The notes below the pieces were generated by a model. That model was not told where the DNA came from and did no database searches. It saw only the letters and a list, made by a program, of their open reading frames with translations. A DNA stretch of 64,000 bases, taken from Octopus bimaculoides (Eukaryota). Position numbers and translations under genes: made by a program. Shown one piece after another: positions 1 to 13,339 of the stretch. Position 1 is the stretch's first letter. Every line of letters begins with the position of its first letter. The stretch spans positions 1,788,951 through 1,852,950 of the forward strand of contig NC_068997.1 in NCBI RefSeq assembly GCF_001194135.2, read 5' to 3'.

Positions 1-398
1 ACTTCTGTCCCCTTCCTATTATTTCCATTTGGAGATTGTTTCAGGAAGAAACCCACGCACAGACACAGCATATACATATATATANNNNNNNNNNNNNNNN
101 NNNNNNNNNNNNNNNNNNNNNNNNNNNNNNNNNNNNNNNNNNNNNNNNNNNNNNNNNNNNNNNNNNNNNNNNNNNNNNNNNNNNNNNNNNNNNNNNNNNN
201 NNNNNNNNNNNNNNNNNNNNNNNNNNNNNNNNNNNNNNNNNNNNNNNNNNNNNNNNNNNNNNNNNNNNNNNNNNNNNNNNNNNNNNNNNNNNNNNNNNNN
301 NNNNNNNNNNNNNNNNNNNNNNNNNNNNNNNNNNNNNNNNNNNNNNNNNNNNNNNNNNNNNNNNNNNNNNNNNNNNNNNNNNNNNNNNNNNNNNNNNN

Positions 399-473
<75 letters not shown>

Positions 474-492
474 CAGCAACAACAACAACAAC

Positions 493-527
<35 letters not shown>

Positions 528-540
528 CAGCAACAACAAC

Positions 541-600
<60 letters not shown>

Positions 601-601
601 T
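399..601. repeat. Compound (TAA)n microsatellite with two CAA/CAG-rich interruptions
   Basis: Read directly; the interruption caacagcaacaacaac occurs twice. Confidence 0.95.
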
Positions 602-638
602 CATTCTGCTGTCTGATTTTTCCTCTTTCTCCATCTCA

Positions 639-674
<36 letters not shown>

Positions 675-1160
675 TCTTTACTCGTTTATAGCTATTTTTT
701 TTTTACCTTTATGGTATCTGTATACTCATGTGTAAGAATATGGAGCAATTGCAAGCTGTCTATCGGAAAAAACAGGTCCCCAATGGAGAAAAAGAAAATC
801 GACCAACATCGTGCATAGTGAATGTGAGCCAGAAGTTGCCAAACGAAGGTTACTGAGAACATGTAAACTGTCTGACCATTCTTTTCTCCACAGTGAACCA
901 ACGAGAAATCGATGTTGATGTAACTACACATATATACATTGTTACATTATTATATAGTTTCATTTCCTCTCTGTCGTAATAAATGAGTATATTTCTTTAA
1001 TATAAAATATTGCTAAGCTATTATATTTCGCTAAAATTGGATTAGGAAGCGAAATGCTCAGAATTGCTTATGGAAATAGTTTGGCACTAGTACAGATTCC
1101 TTAGTAAATCGTTTGTGTTGATATTTACGAATTTTATAAACTATGTACGAACATATGGAT

Positions 1161-1191
<31 letters not shown>

Positions 1192-1989
1192 CACACATAC
1201 ACACACAAAGTGAAAGATACGATGACGACCCGACAAATAGCAGTTATAACTATTCTGGGAGCAGATCCACTTTTCTGAGAATGAAGGGATAACAAGAAAG
1301 ATACATACATACATACATACATANNNNNNNNNNNNNNNNNNNNNNNNNNNNNNNNNNNNNNNNNNNNNNNNNNNNNNNNNNNNNNNNNNNNNNNNNNNNN
1401 NNNNNNNNNNNNNNNNNNNNNNNNNNNNNNNNNNNNNNNNNNNNNNNNNNNNNNNNNNNNNNNNNNNNNNNNNNNNNNNNNNNNNNNNNNNNNNNNNNNN
1501 NNNNNNNNNNNNNNNNNNNNNNNNNNNNNNNNNNNNNNNNNNNNNNNNNNNNNNNNNNNNNNNNNNNNNNNNNNNNNNNNNNNNNNNNNNNNNNNNNNNN
1601 NNNNNNNNNNNNNNNNNNNNNNNNNNNNNNNNNNNNNNNNNNNNNNNNNNNNNTATATATATATATATATATATATATATCTTTTATAAATAAATCCAAG
1701 AGAGTTAGGGCCTGTGAATCCAAGTCATTAAGGGATAATATCTCTCCAATATACTGCCGGAAGAATACCCGATTATTATTATTACACTAGTGTTTATGTG
1801 TGTGTCTAAAAATCAGCTGTGTATTGCAGGGTTGCTTTATTGTTACCATTAACTTAGAAATGAAGAAAGATATAGTGCTAAATACAAAAAAAATAAAATA
1901 AAAAATAAAAAAAACAGTCATATTTAATTCGGTTTTTGAGTCTATCTTCAACTATGATCATAAATGATGAGTAATTTCAGAAAAGTATG

Positions 1990-2360
1990 GCTGCGAATAC
2001 AAGCAGTGAACATGGTGTTCTCCCGAAAGGTTTTCGGTGCAACATTACTCGACAGGACTGCATAGAGCAAAGAGCTGTTTCATCTCCTCATTGAAAGGTC
2101 ACAACTCAGATACTAGGACATGTCATTAGAATGTAGTAAGAAAGGATCGCAAGATGAATTCTTCATGCCGAATCCATCGGCAGGAGATGTGGGAAGTAGA
2201 CGCAGAACAAAATAGTTGGATAATATTCATAATATCATTTGGACACGCTTGAGAATCCAGCCGAGAAGTCTAATGACGTTTGCTTCGTAGTGGAACCTAT
2301 GGAGAAGGCACCCGAGGATTCTATCCCCTGGATAGCGAGCGGAGAAGCTGGGTGGATGAA
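1990..2360 (+). mobile_element. Degenerate 3' end of an RTE-like non-LTR retrotransposon
   Basis: Manual translation gives LGHVIR ... GSRRRTK*LDNI ... WRR, resembling the GHxxR / RWxDxI C-terminal motifs of RTE-clade ORF2. It contains stops and frameshifts. Confidence 0.5.
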
Positions 2361-2644
2361 TTAATTTAGTAACCCCTCAGATAGTTGTATTATACATTGA
2401 TACTATTTTACATGGCATGAAATATCTAAAACAATTTTGCTATGGATATCGTGGAATACGACTTCATGGGATTGCATATTATGCGAATTATAAATGGGTG
2501 TAAATTTGGAACACGAAAGGGTGATAATAAGGACTAATATACGAAAAAAATGCGGTTTCATCAATGATTCTTGAGCTAAAAGGGTATAATTTTACCTCAT
2601 CACATGCTATGATTACGCGTCTACATGTGTTTTAATGAATGATA

Positions 2645-2681
<37 letters not shown>

Positions 2682-2896
2682 CACACACACAAATAAAGGT
2701 TACAAACCTCATTAAGGGATAGCAAAATCCTATGAAAGTACTGGTTAGTTACCTATACAAAGAACATTGAACATTACGATTAATATTCAACTGTGAGGTA
2801 GGTATATAAACCGTGGTTTACATATATTTATTACAATAAGAAAATAGAGATATAATTAATAAATTATTACTTATTAATAAAAAAATTCACAAACAT

Positions 2897-2981
2897 CTCT
2901 TACATCTGTTTCAATTCTAAACTTTCAGAAAACTAATTAACACAAATAAAAATTATTTGAAAGACGAATCTCGTCAGAGGT
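2897..2981 (-). ncRNA. Degenerate minimal type I hammerhead motif with long stem II (Penelope pLTR-like)
   Basis: Minus strand reads CTGACGA, GATTC..CTTTCA / TGAAAG..GAATT, GAAA, CAGATG, TA. Stem I is only 2 bp. Confidence 0.5.
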
Positions 2982-4029
2982 ATTTTAACATGCATACATA
3001 CATACATACATACATACATACATACATNNNNNNNNNNNNNNNNNNNNNNNNNNNNNNNNNNNNNNNNNNNNNNNNNNNNNNNNNNNNNNNNNNNNNNNNN
3101 NNNNNNNNNNNNNNNNNNNNNNNNNNNNNNNNNNNNNNNNNNNNNNNNNNNNNNNNNNNNNNNNNNNNNNNNNNNNNNNNTAATTTAGTACGATCGTTTC
3201 ACAGTTAAGAGTAAAGAATTCTCTATTCTGATCTTCAGCTAAATATTCTAATACATTTGTTAACGTCTAAATAACTCACGTTAATTTTGACCATGCGACA
3301 TCAATACCACGTGAGGAAGACGTTAAGAAATTTATCGGCCAGTGAGTTCAAAATCTCTAAATACATATAGGCATCGCACCTGCTCGTATGTAGTTTCACA
3401 CATTATGCGAAATATCAACGAGGTGTATCAGAATGCCTTTGAGATATAAACATATTAAAATATACCAGCATGACCGCAGCCACTTGGCTGAAACACATAA
3501 ATAAATAAATATATCATTGGACACATCGGGTTTCTGCAAACTGGCACATTTATCAAAAATAAAAAATAACAAATAAATAAACAAACGTACAGCCCCCAAG
3601 CTCCATCAGTAACAATCAAATGAATACTGGCCTGGTTTTTTGGATTAAATATATTGGCAGCAATGAAGTCACGAGGAATAAAAAAATCGCTTAATCTTCG
3701 AACAAGCTCTAGAATTTCACATTTAACCATAGTACTACAAAGCGAGGTATATAGGTAAACAACAATTGCGTTTAGATTTATCAATATATCGTTATTTCTT
3801 TTTAGTACGATACACCATGAAATGTATTTGAAAGCATGAGTCTATGAAAGGGCTCGATAAATTTGCATGTCTAGCATTAAATCTTTAGAGATATTGAATA
3901 AAAAACATTCGCGACATATACATATCAGTGTGTATGTATGTGCATATGTAGTGACGGAGACACCATAGAAGACGTGTTAGTTCTGCAAACACGTCACTTT
4001 AGGTTTATTAAATAGGTGTTTTGAACTGC

Positions 4030-4077
<48 letters not shown>

Positions 4078-4178
4078 CGACGGGCTTCTTTCAGTTTCCG
4101 TCTACAAAATTCACTCACAAGACACTTGCCCAAGGTGCCACGCAGTGGGACTGAACCCGGAACCATGTGGTTGGTAAG
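4078..4178 (-). mobile_element. SINE family A, partial copy
   Basis: Near-identical to 17171-17300. Confidence 0.85.
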
Positions 4179-4884
4179 TATGTGTACATATATCTGTTGT
4201 TAGTATTCTTTTCAGGAATATTACTACCGCTACTTTCCACACAGCAACTGCTGCTACGGCTACCGCTAATAACAATTGTAAGTTTGCAATCACATCCCCA
4301 CCCCGACGTCCACGTTTCCCTTTTCACTTTTCCTCTCACTTTCTCTCACCCTCTCTTACTGCCGTGCGTTTCTTTACCACCCAGTTTTTTTTCTCTCTTT
4401 CCCTTCTCTTACTAGCCATTCTCTTACCTTCCCACTAGTCGCCTCCTAATTCTCTCCTCTCCCACATTTTACGATCCCCGCTCTGTCTCTTCTTTCTTTT
4501 ATTCAACAATCAATATCCACCCCCTTCATAATTCTTTCCATACCTCATCACCTCTTACTCCCTCTTTCATACAACATCAATAAAAACTATCATCATATTA
4601 TAAATAGAAAATCGAATTCAATAATCAGAATTCAACAAATGGATCTTTTATTGAACTGTCAGGCTGAGCAGTCGAGAATTCATCCGAGACACACAGACGT
4701 AGCTTGCGTGCGGGTGGGGTGGTAGTGGAAGGTTTATAACTCTACTAGTGAGCATCAGAGTGATAGGGTGGGTAGACAGAATGTTGACGTTGAAGATGAT
4801 GACGAAGGGGCAGGCGGTGGTTAACAAAATAGTTAAATTATTTCTTTTACATAATATAACAGCGATAGATTGACAGAATCGTTA

Positions 4885-5070
4885 AAATGTCGAAGGAAAT
4901 GCCTTGCAGTATTTTTTCCGTCTCAGAGTTCTGAGCTGAGTTCAAATTCCACTGAAGGCATCCATTTGAGATCGATGGTATGAAGTACCGACCAAGTACT
5001 GGGTTCGATAAAAATACGAGTCGAATACTGGGGTCCATGGTTTCGATCGGCTAACACCTCTCTGGCTTCG
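4885..5070 (+). mobile_element. SINE family C copy (gagttcaaattcc...ggggtcgat type)
   Basis: B-box-like GAGTTCAAATTCC; similar copies at 9630, 11700, 31020, 42120, 48000 and 54420. Confidence 0.7.
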
Positions 5071-5377
5071 GGATTAAACTATAAACAATTATATAATAAT
5101 AATTATTATTATTGAATGAGAGAGCAGTTCATGCCAGCATTGCAACACTCGATCCAATAACACGGTTTATAAACTCTATGCTTGGAATGACAAATTTTAA
5201 ATACTATTGCAACTTACACACAAGGTACAGGAAACTTATATGTATACCATTCTGATTAAATAATGGAACTGCATATACAATATCTCTGCATATCTCACGT
5301 CTGTTTTCAATCCTCCTCTTCACTCTCTATTTCATATCTTCTCTAGAATAAATATTGCTTAACCATTTTCTCGCACC

Positions 5378-5425
5378 GTCTCCGATGAAGGGATATATAA
5401 AATATCCCGGAAACAGCTGTAAGAC
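5378..5425 (+). ncRNA. Minimal type I hammerhead ribozyme motif (Penelope-like pLTR type)
   Basis: Stem I GTCT/AGAC; core CCGATGA (U4C); stem II GGGATAT/ATATCCC; GAAA; palindromic stem III ACAGCTGT; GUA cleavage triplet at 5419-5421. Confidence 0.75.
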
Positions 5426-5720
5426 CTTCTCTATATAAATTTTCTGAAATATTTCACAGCCATGGATTTTTATCTCATTCTGTTAATTATATATATATAT
5501 ATATATNNNNNNNNNNATATATATGTATGTATATATATATAATTTTGAATTAAATTCACGGACCCCCAGTACTACCCTTGCGGAATCACTGCTCTACACT
5601 ATCAGGTTCTGCTGCTTTCTAGTTGCTCATCTTATTGCTCACATTTCAGATACTGTCCTTCGATAGCTTCTTGCTTGAGATAATCGAATAGTTCCTCCCC
5701 CACAAATTTTGTAGAAAGGG

Positions 5721-5721
<1 letters not shown>

Positions 5722-5789
<68 letters not shown>

Positions 5790-5925
5790 GTTATTATTAT
5801 TGAGTGAGAGAGCAGTGTATGCCATCATTGGAACACTGGGGTAAAATATACAAAATACAGTATAGCCACCGTGACTAACCGTCTGATGAGAGTGCACCAG
5901 CCACATGCATCACAACCATATTGGG
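5722..5925 (-). mobile_element. 3' end of a non-LTR retroelement with (TAA)n tail
   Basis: (TTA)n is followed by gagtgagagagcag...; the same junction recurs at ~5100-5140. Confidence 0.55.
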
Positions 5926-6839
5926 GGAAAACGGCCAACGTTATGGTTGCAGGAAAATGGATGCATGCCAAATTCATCACCTATAGCTCCACAACGGCAT
6001 TTTTGTCACGGTGACAGTGGCGCTGGGGAACTCTGATACGAGTGCAACCATCATCAAGATGGATACTGTTTGCTGAAAAGGGCACCGAATTTAAACCACA
6101 TGTCAATTAGTAAACTGCTATGGAGTTTTGTCATTGACAAGAAGAAACATTTCTGTATCAACAATAAAAACGGCAACGGCTTAACAGATGAGAACATTTG
6201 TAAGAAGAACAGCAAAAGGGCAACATTAATTGAGTGATTTTCAAACGAAATCTCAGATATAACAACACCAAAAAGAACAACGACAGTGGTGAAGAAGTCA
6301 CCTAGCCTTCTAGAAATAGCAGAATATCGTTCTTAAATATGCGAAGGAGAAATTAGATAATTTAGTACTAGGCGGCTCCAAAATAGGTGGTGAGGTCGGG
6401 GTTGGATTGTCTTTGTTGATTGTCCTGCGTTGTATACCGTTAGCAACAATCATAAAAGTAACAATGAAAGCAATTTCTAAAAGAAACAATAGTATTATTC
6501 GTAATAAAAGCAGGAACAACAACAGCGAGTAAGAAGTACAATAACAACAAAATAATCTGTTGGTCGGGTAATAAAATAATGTTATTATGACAAGAATATG
6601 AACAAGTACAGGAGTCTGGAACATCGACAACAATAATAAGAGGAACAATAATAATAAAGAAGAAGAAATAAAGCGAACAGTGAGAATGGCACCAATAAAA
6701 TGTGCCATTAATGGTTGGCTTGAACAGGAACAATGAAGAGAGGAATAAAATCCACGGAAGCATTATTACAGATATCCGTGGAACTTGTCTTCTATTTTGG
6801 TAGAAATAATGATTATTATTAATTATTTTTGTAACAGAT

Positions 6840-7012
6840 ATGACTGTGTGGTTAAGAAGTTCATTTTCGTACTATATGGTTTCTGGTTCCTGTCTGCCAG
6901 GCAGTGTCTTGTACAGTTATCTTCCGCCACACCTAGGTGTTAGCGGATGCCTACCTTGTGAGTGAAATTTGACGGACGGAAACTGTGAAGAACTACATTT
7001 CAAAAAATAAAT

Positions 7013-7015
<3 letters not shown>
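6840..7015 (+). mobile_element. SINE family A, degenerate copy
   Basis: tgactgtgtggttaagaag head and ccttgtgagtgaaatttgacggacggaaactg body match the family. Confidence 0.65.
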
Positions 7016-7044
<29 letters not shown>

Positions 7045-7058
7045 CATACATACATACA

Positions 7059-7121
<63 letters not shown>

Positions 7122-7454
7122 GTATATATATTTCGTTTTTGGATTTCAATAGTCTTTCAACTAGTCAAGACTATTGAAAAGGTTGCAAGACGCAACGAAA
7201 ATTTTAGGAAAATAAAAATAATAAGTGGAAATTTTAACGGTGAGTCTGTTAAATTTTAAGGCACAATAAGAAAATGACTCTCCCCAGACACAACAGTATA
7301 TATATATACAAAACAAAATAAAATTGAGGGTTACCGCACGAGTAAAAATATAAGGAAAAGAATCTGAAAATGCAATCTTTTAAAAGTACTTATTAACTTA
7401 ACCGGTTTCACTTATTCAAAACGATATTCAAAATAAAGTGTAGGGTTTTGTGTA

Positions 7455-7830
7455 TCCTCTATGGTGCCAAAGATTATTTTACAAAAATATTCAAATCAAG
7501 TGACAGAGCTTGAGCTTGAAAAGGTTTGAGGCTTTGCGTATCCTCTGTAATGAGTCAAAACATTACATAAAACCATTTGGGTCAGGTAATAATTTTTTTT
7601 ATAATCATAAGGACAAAAAAACTAGCTTACAGGAATATATCCCGATCAAGTAATAGAGTATTTGACAAGGCGATAAAATATGTGCATCCTCTGTGATGAG
7701 CCAAGAAATAGTTTACCTAAAAACATTCAGACCAGGTAATATTTTTTTTATAATGATAAGATGAAAATTAGTTTACATGAATATATACCGATCAAATAAT
7801 AGAGTCTTTGACAAGAAGATAAAATATGTA
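7455..7830. repeat. Diverged tandem duplication, 146-bp period, plus a truncated unit
   Basis: tcctct anchor at 7455, 7541 and 7687; the two full units share ccgatcaa..taatagagt..ttgacaag. Confidence 0.85.
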
Positions 7831-8099
7831 ACAAACCATTTCAAGTTCTTGGATCTGGCTTCTAAGGGTCTTGCATCTGGCTGGAATTTGGCAGTTATAA
7901 ACAGAGTTGCAAATTCTTCTGTATAAAATCTTCCTTTTATCCAAAAATGAGAAATGTGAATGATATATCCCTTAAACACCGTTGTTCTCCAGTATTCGTT
8001 TTCAGGTGTAAAAACCGTGTGCCTGGCTGAGGGTCACAGGTTACAATGTATTTGTCGATTGATAAAAAGGTTTTGAGTGCGTTTATATGTATGACTTAT

Positions 8100-8910
8100 A
8101 AGTAAAGAATGGTGTGTATTTGCGTGTATGTGTGTGTGTTTTCGTCTGGGAAATGTGGATAACGGGTTTGTGTCTGTGTGTGTATGAACATGTGTGTGTG
8201 TATGTAGGTGTTCCATTTGTGTGTGTGTACGTGTGTGTGTATGTATGTGAGTGTGTACATGCATGTGTGCATGCGTGTATATGTGTGTGTTGTGGTTTTC
8301 AGGGTGGTGTGTGTGTGTGTACGTGCGTACGCGTATGTGTGCATACCGGTGTACCTGTGTGTGTTGCGCTTTGTTAGAGCGGTGTGTGCGTGTGTACATA
8401 GGTATGTGTGTTGTGTTTGTCCGGGCGGCCTGTGCACGCACACAACTGCATGTGTATGTCTGTATGTATTTGTTATTTGTATTTCTTCAGGGCAGTGTGT
8501 GTGTGTATGTGTGGATGTCTATATGTATGTGTGTATTTTTTGCGTCCGACAGGGTGGTGTACGTATGGAAGTGTCTACGTGTATGTGCCTGTGCCCGTAT
8601 ATATATCTGTGTCTGTGTGTGTTTGTTGTGACTGTTAAACTGTATTGCGTGTGTTTGTGTGTGCTTTATCTAGGAATATATGTGTGCGTTTTTGTTTTCG
8701 CCAGGACGGTGTATGTGTGTGTGCGTGTGTGTGCGCGCGTGTGTGTGCGCGCATGTGTGTGCACGCGCGCGTGTAAGTGTATACGTGCATGTACCTCTGT
8801 GTGTGTGTATATACGTCTGTGTGTGAGTGTTTGTTGTGACTGTTAGATTGTATTGCATATGTATATGTGTGTGTTTTTTTTTCTAGGAATATGTGTGAGT
8901 GTGTTTTTAT
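8100..8910. repeat. Degenerate (TG)n-rich low-complexity tract
   Basis: Read directly; it produces the spurious VCVC/HTHT ORFs. Confidence 0.9.
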
Positions 8911-9307
8911 GTAAACTATTTTTTGACTCATCACAGAGGATATGCAAAGCCTCAAACATTTTCTTATCAATGTCAAAGACTCTATTACTTGATTTGAATA
9001 CATTTTTGTAAACTAATTTTTCACACCACANNNNNNNNNNNNNNNNNNNNNNNNNNNNNNNNNNNNNNNNNNNNNNNNNNNNNNNNNNNNNNNNNNNNNN
9101 NNNNNNNNNNNNNNNNNNNNNNNNNNNNNNNNNNNNNNNNNNNNNNNNNNNNNNNNNNNNNNNNNNNNNNNNNNNNNNNNNNNNNNNNNNNNNNNNNNNN
9201 NNNNNNNNNNNNNNNNNNNNNNNNNNNNNNNNNNNNNNNNNNNNNNNNNNNNNNNNNNNNNNNNNNNNNNNNNNNNNNNNNNNNNNNNNNNNNNNNNNNN
9301 NNNNNNN

Positions 9308-9377
<70 letters not shown>

Positions 9378-9410
9378 TTGCAAGTGTACCAGGTATTACA
9401 ACCTGTTTAC

Positions 9411-9588
9411 TTCTTGTGCAATCTGGAGACGTTTAGTTGGAGTTCTGAATAATTATCAATTCCTCCATACACCTTGCTGATTATATCGTGATCTGCTGTA
9501 ATGGTTCCATCTATTCTATCATGTGACACTTTCATCAGAACTCTTTCCCTGCTTGTATTAGTATGATCTCTAATACTTTGAGATATGT
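9411..9588 (-). CDS. Candidate host exon (DISQSIRDHTNTSRERVLMKVSHDRIDGTITADHDIISKVYGGIDNYSELQLNVSRLHK), product unknown
   Basis: Unique sequence with a polypyrimidine tract then gaag|AC, an open phase-1 frame, and a possible donor AA|GTAAAC or an adjacent stop. No homology recognised. Confidence 0.35.
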
Positions 9589-9627
9589 CTTCAGAAATGA
9601 AAAAAAGGAAAAGTGACAAAAATCGTT

Positions 9628-9775
9628 AGCATGTCGGGCAAAATGCTTTGTGGCATTTCATTCATCTTTAGGCTGAGTTCAAACTCCACCGAGGTCGAAT
9701 TTGCCTTTCATTCTCTTGGGGTCGATGAAATGAGTACCAATCGATCACTGGGGTCGATGTAATTTAGGCCTCGTG
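9628..9775 (+). mobile_element. SINE family C copy
   Basis: gagttcaaactccaccgaggtcgaatttgcctttcattc...ggggtcgat. Confidence 0.8.
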
Positions 9776-9815
9776 CGAATAACAAAAACTGCAGCTGCTG
9801 CTGCTGCTGCTGCTG

Positions 9816-9895
<80 letters not shown>

Positions 9896-10225
9896 AGTAC
9901 CTTCTATTTGTACTTCAGCCACCCTTATCGATGGTGTCCAGCATCAATAACAATAAATACGACAGCAATAATAACGTTAACGTCAAAAGTGCACGGGTGG
10001 GAGACGAAAGAAGAATTTATTGGTAATGTTGAAAGAGGCAAAGAAAGGAAAAAAGGAAAGGAGAAAGATCAAGCATTTAATATCGCACATAAAGGCAAGG
10101 GGTTTATTTGACACAGTTTAGAAATATATNNNNNNNNNNNNNNNNNNNNNNNNNNNNNNNNNNNNNNNNNNNNNNNNNNNNNNNNNNNNNNNNNNNNNNN
10201 NNNNNNNNNNNNNNNNNNNNNNNNN

Positions 10226-10261
<36 letters not shown>

Positions 10262-10681
10262 GTGAAAAACAAGGTAATTACAAAACTGATACAAAAAAAA
10301 AAAGCTAAATTCCATTCTTCAAAATTTTGAAATCTAACATTTGTGCGATTCGTCAAAACAGAACGCATCATTGTGTCGCATATTCAGCAGGGAAATGCTA
10401 AATTTTTAATTTGGTTTTAAAGTCTTTGTAATTTGTATGAAGTTGTTATTGTCTCCAATGAGATTCTTTAATCAATTCGACAATCGCTTATCGAACAATC
10501 TTCATTGGAATGGAAATTCTCTGAGACATTATATACACAAACAAACAGTATTACATAAGTATCCACACGAATACATACTTATAAGCACACACATTCAAAT
10601 ATACAGGGAAACAGTTTTCAGCTAGATATTTTTTATGTATATACAACCACACATAGGGTTTATGATATAATATGCGCGCGC

Positions 10682-10751
<70 letters not shown>

Positions 10752-10761
10752 NNNNNNNNNN

Positions 10762-10793
<32 letters not shown>

Positions 10794-11689
10794 TCCTTCT
10801 GAAACGAGTTGCTGGTTCTTCCGCTTATAAAAAATCTACTCTACCCAACACGCGAATCGTCTACCCCTTTGAACTGTAGTCTTCCCACTAAACGTGAATA
10901 TACTAAAGCGCCGGATACTGCTGCATTCATCTTTTGAGATCCTCTCATATTAACGTACGCTGTTAAAGACACACATATTTCGCAGTAGACGAGAACTGGC
11001 TGGTATGATCCCTGGAACTGCTACATCACGTGATTTCAGCGAGGTGAGCCTTCTCAGTGGCAGAAGTTCAAGCCTGTATACCATCCAAATCTTACTGTCA
11101 ACATTATATAGAATAGAATTGGTGTTTGAGTTATTGGTATTGCAAACAAGTAGCAGTTTCTTTTTTAAAAATAAATATTAGCGGTGGTAGCAGATGATTA
11201 TCGTCTGCCATGATATATGTCTATGTTTTAACAACGTAAATCAATACGAAAAGACCTCGAAGGCGAATACCGCAATATTCTGTGCTCTAAATAGTACATC
11301 CATGTTGAGTAGGATATAAAGATTGCCTTCTAGTATTAATAGTTTCCGTCGCTAATATTATATACAAAGAAACAGTGTTCTCAGATTTCCTAGAAATGTA
11401 ATGCTCAATAATGTATACTCATTGTCGTTGCTAAGCTGAAGTCTACCTATGACTGCTCAGTCGGAAATCTGTAAACAATGTCACAATTTACCACATCATG
11501 AATGTTGTTTTATAGTAGATCACTTGCAGAGGAGCAAGGAGGAGAAGATGGCTTGATTACATCGACTTGGCTGTAAATATGAATTTAATTTTGACGAACA
11601 TTGACAACTTTAAGCGAAATATTGCGTGACATGTATGAATCTATTCTTCTAACTTACCGACAATTTTCTCTCTAACATTATGAGCTTGC

Positions 11690-11880
11690 AGAATCGTTAC
11701 CACACCGGACAACATACTTAGCGGTATTTCTTCCGGTGGTTTTACGTTCTAAGTTGACATTCCACCAAGCACATGATTGCCATTCATCCTTACTGAATCG
11801 ATAAAATAAGTATCAATCATATATAAGAGTAGATGAAGTCGACTGGCCCCTTACCCATAATTTCAGGACTTGTGCCGTTA
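11690..11880 (+). mobile_element. SINE family C copy, diverged
   Basis: Shares ttacgttct..., gataaaataagta... and gtcgactggcccc with the other copies. Confidence 0.7.
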
Positions 11881-13339
11881 ATGGCTAAATGACTCTTACT
11901 GACGTTATTCCATACCACCAAATTGTGAATATATGCTTCCTACCCCAGATATATGCAGGTGGATTTTAACTTACAATAAATATCATGTATTGAGACACAG
12001 TTTGTACGTCAAAAGTTCACTGGAAGCCCTTTCTGGCTTTTAGGCTAATACCAGATTCCTTAATTGTCGTCAACTCTCCATTCTATCAGGATCTTAGTTT
12101 TCTTAGCGACATTCAACTGAGGCCAAACTGGGGCAATGCCGTGAATTGTTATAATCGCTGGGACGTATTTTGTGTTGCACTTATTTAATCAATCTATAGT
12201 AATTAAACTACATAAGTTCGGATATAAAGGACCCCAAGCTAATAAACATAACACCAATCCTGCACAGTGGGTAATTTAAACACCACAAACATACATATGC
12301 ACGCACACATGCAGAAAAGTGGTTTCTCATAGTTTCTGTCTACCAAATTCCACAAATAAATTATTGGTCAACTTAAAAACTATCGTAAAACTAACTTGCC
12401 CAATATGTGGCACAGTTGGGTCGTACCTGCAACTCACGGTTGTGATGCGAATTTCTTAACTATATAACTGCATTTATGACTGTAACCAGTTCCATATCGA
12501 TATCATATTTGACTACACAAGGTTTAAAAAAATATTTCACTGATTTTAATCACGACTTAATCGATAATTTATTACATTTCACAACTTCATTTTATATTTA
12601 TGCCAATTAGTTATCATAAATTTATGGTAGTTAATTACTATATATGTAGAAAGTCATACCTTTTAAAGATACGTTATGCACGATTAAATCTATCCGGTAC
12701 TGGTTTTATTAACAATCCTCTAATGATGAATTGTCGACAAGAGTCATGTCGGATCTGAATCGAAAACGTAAACAAATGTATCTAAATTGCACAAAATATT
12801 TAATATGGTTTTAATATGGTACTCTACAGATTCAGCCACTGGCTCCACCTTTGCTCTATATTGTATTGATCTGTACTGGCTATGAACGCTTAATGTGATG
12901 ACACGAGGAAGTATTTTGCAATAGCAAGGTAATTCTTTCCTTGGATTCCAAAGACAAAACCTCTGAAATAAAATTATGAAAATATTCAGCTCTATTTATT
13001 TATCTCGGATGAATATTCTGGGGAATGTTTATAGAATCTACTTTCAAGATAGATTCTGTACATTTTAATTCACGTGGAATTAGTCTTGATTCAACAACGA
13101 ATATTCTTCAAAAGAAGCGCGTTAGAATGACAGATGTACAGAACTACCTGAGATGGAACAATGTCAGAACTGATGCAAAAAAAAGAAATGATAAACTCTC
13201 AGAAGTATTGGGACTTCAATAATAGTGGAATTTTAGTGTAGTGGTATGCGATGATGGCGGAATCTGGAAGGACAGCTAAAAGTGATAGGCTGCCAAATGT
13301 CGATTGGCAGATATGTTATCATAGAAGATACAAACTTAT

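Noticed and set aside
3383-3423. HHR-like layout on the minus strand (CTCG/CGAG, GAAA)
   Set aside because: The core TTGATAT has three mismatches and stem III is broken; too degenerate to call.
7171-7207. HHR-like GTTGC/GCAAC stem followed by GAAA
   Set aside because: The core is TTGAAAA or CTATTGA with only a 3-bp stem I. It may be a dead pLTR HHR but is not supportable.
11492-11570. Minus-strand segment with good acceptor and donor
   Set aside because: Stops in all three frames and no other support.
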